From Acanthaster planci (lineage: Eukaryota), in assembly GCF_001949145.1 (NCBI RefSeq), contig NW_019091402.1, positions 2,108,001-2,170,000 on the forward strand: 62,000 nucleotides of DNA. The letters run 5' to 3'. Under the pieces are notes generated by a model, which saw only the letters and a program-made list of their open reading frames with translations, was not told where the DNA came from and made no database searches. Position 1 is the stretch's first letter; each line of letters starts with the position of its first letter. The position numbers were made by a program, and so were the translations under genes. This document shows, piece after piece, positions 60,508-62,000 of this stretch.

Positions 60508-62000
60508 GTAAGTCTCTATTCAACGTGTGTAGATGTGACTGGGAAATACTTTTGAGAGTTTTACAAACAGTTCTAGGCTACCTGGACTCGGCAAACTTCA
60601 ACTCACTTGCACGGCCATTATGTCATGCATATATGTACCGTCGTACTCGTAGCTCTACTAAGTTTTTATTATTTTGGATGGGATCGTCACACTAACGCTC
60701 CACGCCTGTTCATTTAGTAAGATTAAAATGGTTCTAAAGACTCACCAAAATACCTCTATCACCACCTACAGCTGGCTTCCATAAATGCTAACGTGAAACG
60801 GTTGGGGCTTCTCATGTCAATGCTATATCTGACTTTTAGGCCTACCTTTCAAATGTGTGTAGCGAGATTTAGAATCAACAATAACTCTATGGGTGAAACA
60901 TGGTCCTCCCAGAAACAAGCATGAGTGGCCTATACGTGATCTTGGCAGAAGACTCGTTGATCATGACAGTTGGCATGGTTGGGAGTGCTACCATTACCAA
61001 CGACTGTTCCCTTGTTAATACGTCTGGTGCCCCGACTACATTTTTGCCTCTCTTGAAGTTTCGTTAGAGGACCATGTTCGGCCATAGAGTTATGGTTGAT
61101 TCTTAATCTCACTACACGCATTTGAAAGGTCCCGACGGCGAAAAGTTCATGTACTGTGCATGTGTCGAGGGAAAACGGTCAGAGTTCGACAGATTTTGAA
61201 GTCAGAAATAGCATTGAAGCCCCAACCATTTGACTTTGGCATTTATGGAAGCCAGTAGGTTGTGATACAGGTATTTTTGGTGAGTCTTTAGAATTTTTGA
61301 GAACCGTTTTAATCTTACTAAATAAACAAGCATGGAGCGTTAGTATGACGATCCCGTCCAAAAGAGGAATACTTACACTCCACTTAGTAGAGCTATGCTG
61401 TTGTTACATTCCGAAGTTTTTGGGTATGAAGAAGTTTCCCACTGCCCCAGCAGATACTGAGTTAGGCTACTCGATGCTCGAAAGAAATGGGATTTTAACA
61501 AGTAAGAGTTCCATTAACGGACATCACTTCTGTTCGCACTGATTTATAAATAAATAAATGGCATCAGAAAATGATATCATGGGGCCTAATAGTAACAGTC
61601 TTCTACTTCCAGACTGCTCTTACATGTAAATTGAATAAGTTGAAAGGCAAATTTAGCAACAAAATTTAATTGAAACATTTTACTTAGCCTACAGTAGCCC
61701 ACTTGGTCAAAAAACACTTGTGCTTAGGTTTACATGTAAGCCTTCTACTGAGAAGGTTCAGGCCATTCTTGTCTCGTATGAATTGTCCTCGGGCATGTCA
61801 GGGTGTCGAGTGATACCTGTGTAGAGTTGTCAGTTGGGAATTAGTTGGCAAGGGGGCGATTCGGTAAGGGGCGAGTCCAATCGTCAGTTGAACATGTAGG
61901 GACTATGTATTCCAGGCGCTGATCATGCTGAGAGGAGTTTATTGGTGGACAAACTTTGAATATGTTGAAAAGTAAAAATCGAGGGTGAGCAGGCCCTAGT

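Noticed and set aside
59978..60523. 181-aa minus-strand ORF
   Set aside because: It is antisense to the COX5B-like exon 1 and promoter, with no recognisable homology.

Overview
Eukaryotic genomic DNA from an intron-rich animal genome, probably a marine invertebrate deuterostome such as an echinoderm (inferred from repeat types and protein similarity). I assembled six protein-coding genes by hand from splice signals and exon phase. They are: the last two exons of ZFC3H1 (+); a complete 13-exon UTP3/SAS10 (-); LRRC34 (+), divergent from UTP3 and with a candidate 18-nt microexon; a complete 17-exon RMC1/C18orf8 (-), containing a U12-type minor-spliceosome intron; an SLC52A riboflavin transporter (-); and exon 1 of a mitochondrial precursor, most likely COX5B (+). 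Introns and spacers hold many short non-autonomous DNA transposons (pogo/Tc1-, piggyBac-, hAT-, Harbinger- and Kolobok-like), tRNA-derived SINE remnants and several tandem repeats. Most ORFs in the supplied track are spurious. I see no CRISPR array, rRNA, intact tRNA or transposase, and cannot claim a new multi-gene system. The most unusual signals are a 32-bp tandem array of CCAAT plus M-box/CLEAR-like motifs inside the lysosomal-pathway gene RMC1, the U12 intron, a strong excess of the palindrome TACATGTA (possible transposon excision scars), and a minisatellite that apparently arose from a single-copy unit of a dispersed repeat. Gene identities rest on recalled similarity to human proteins, not on a database search.
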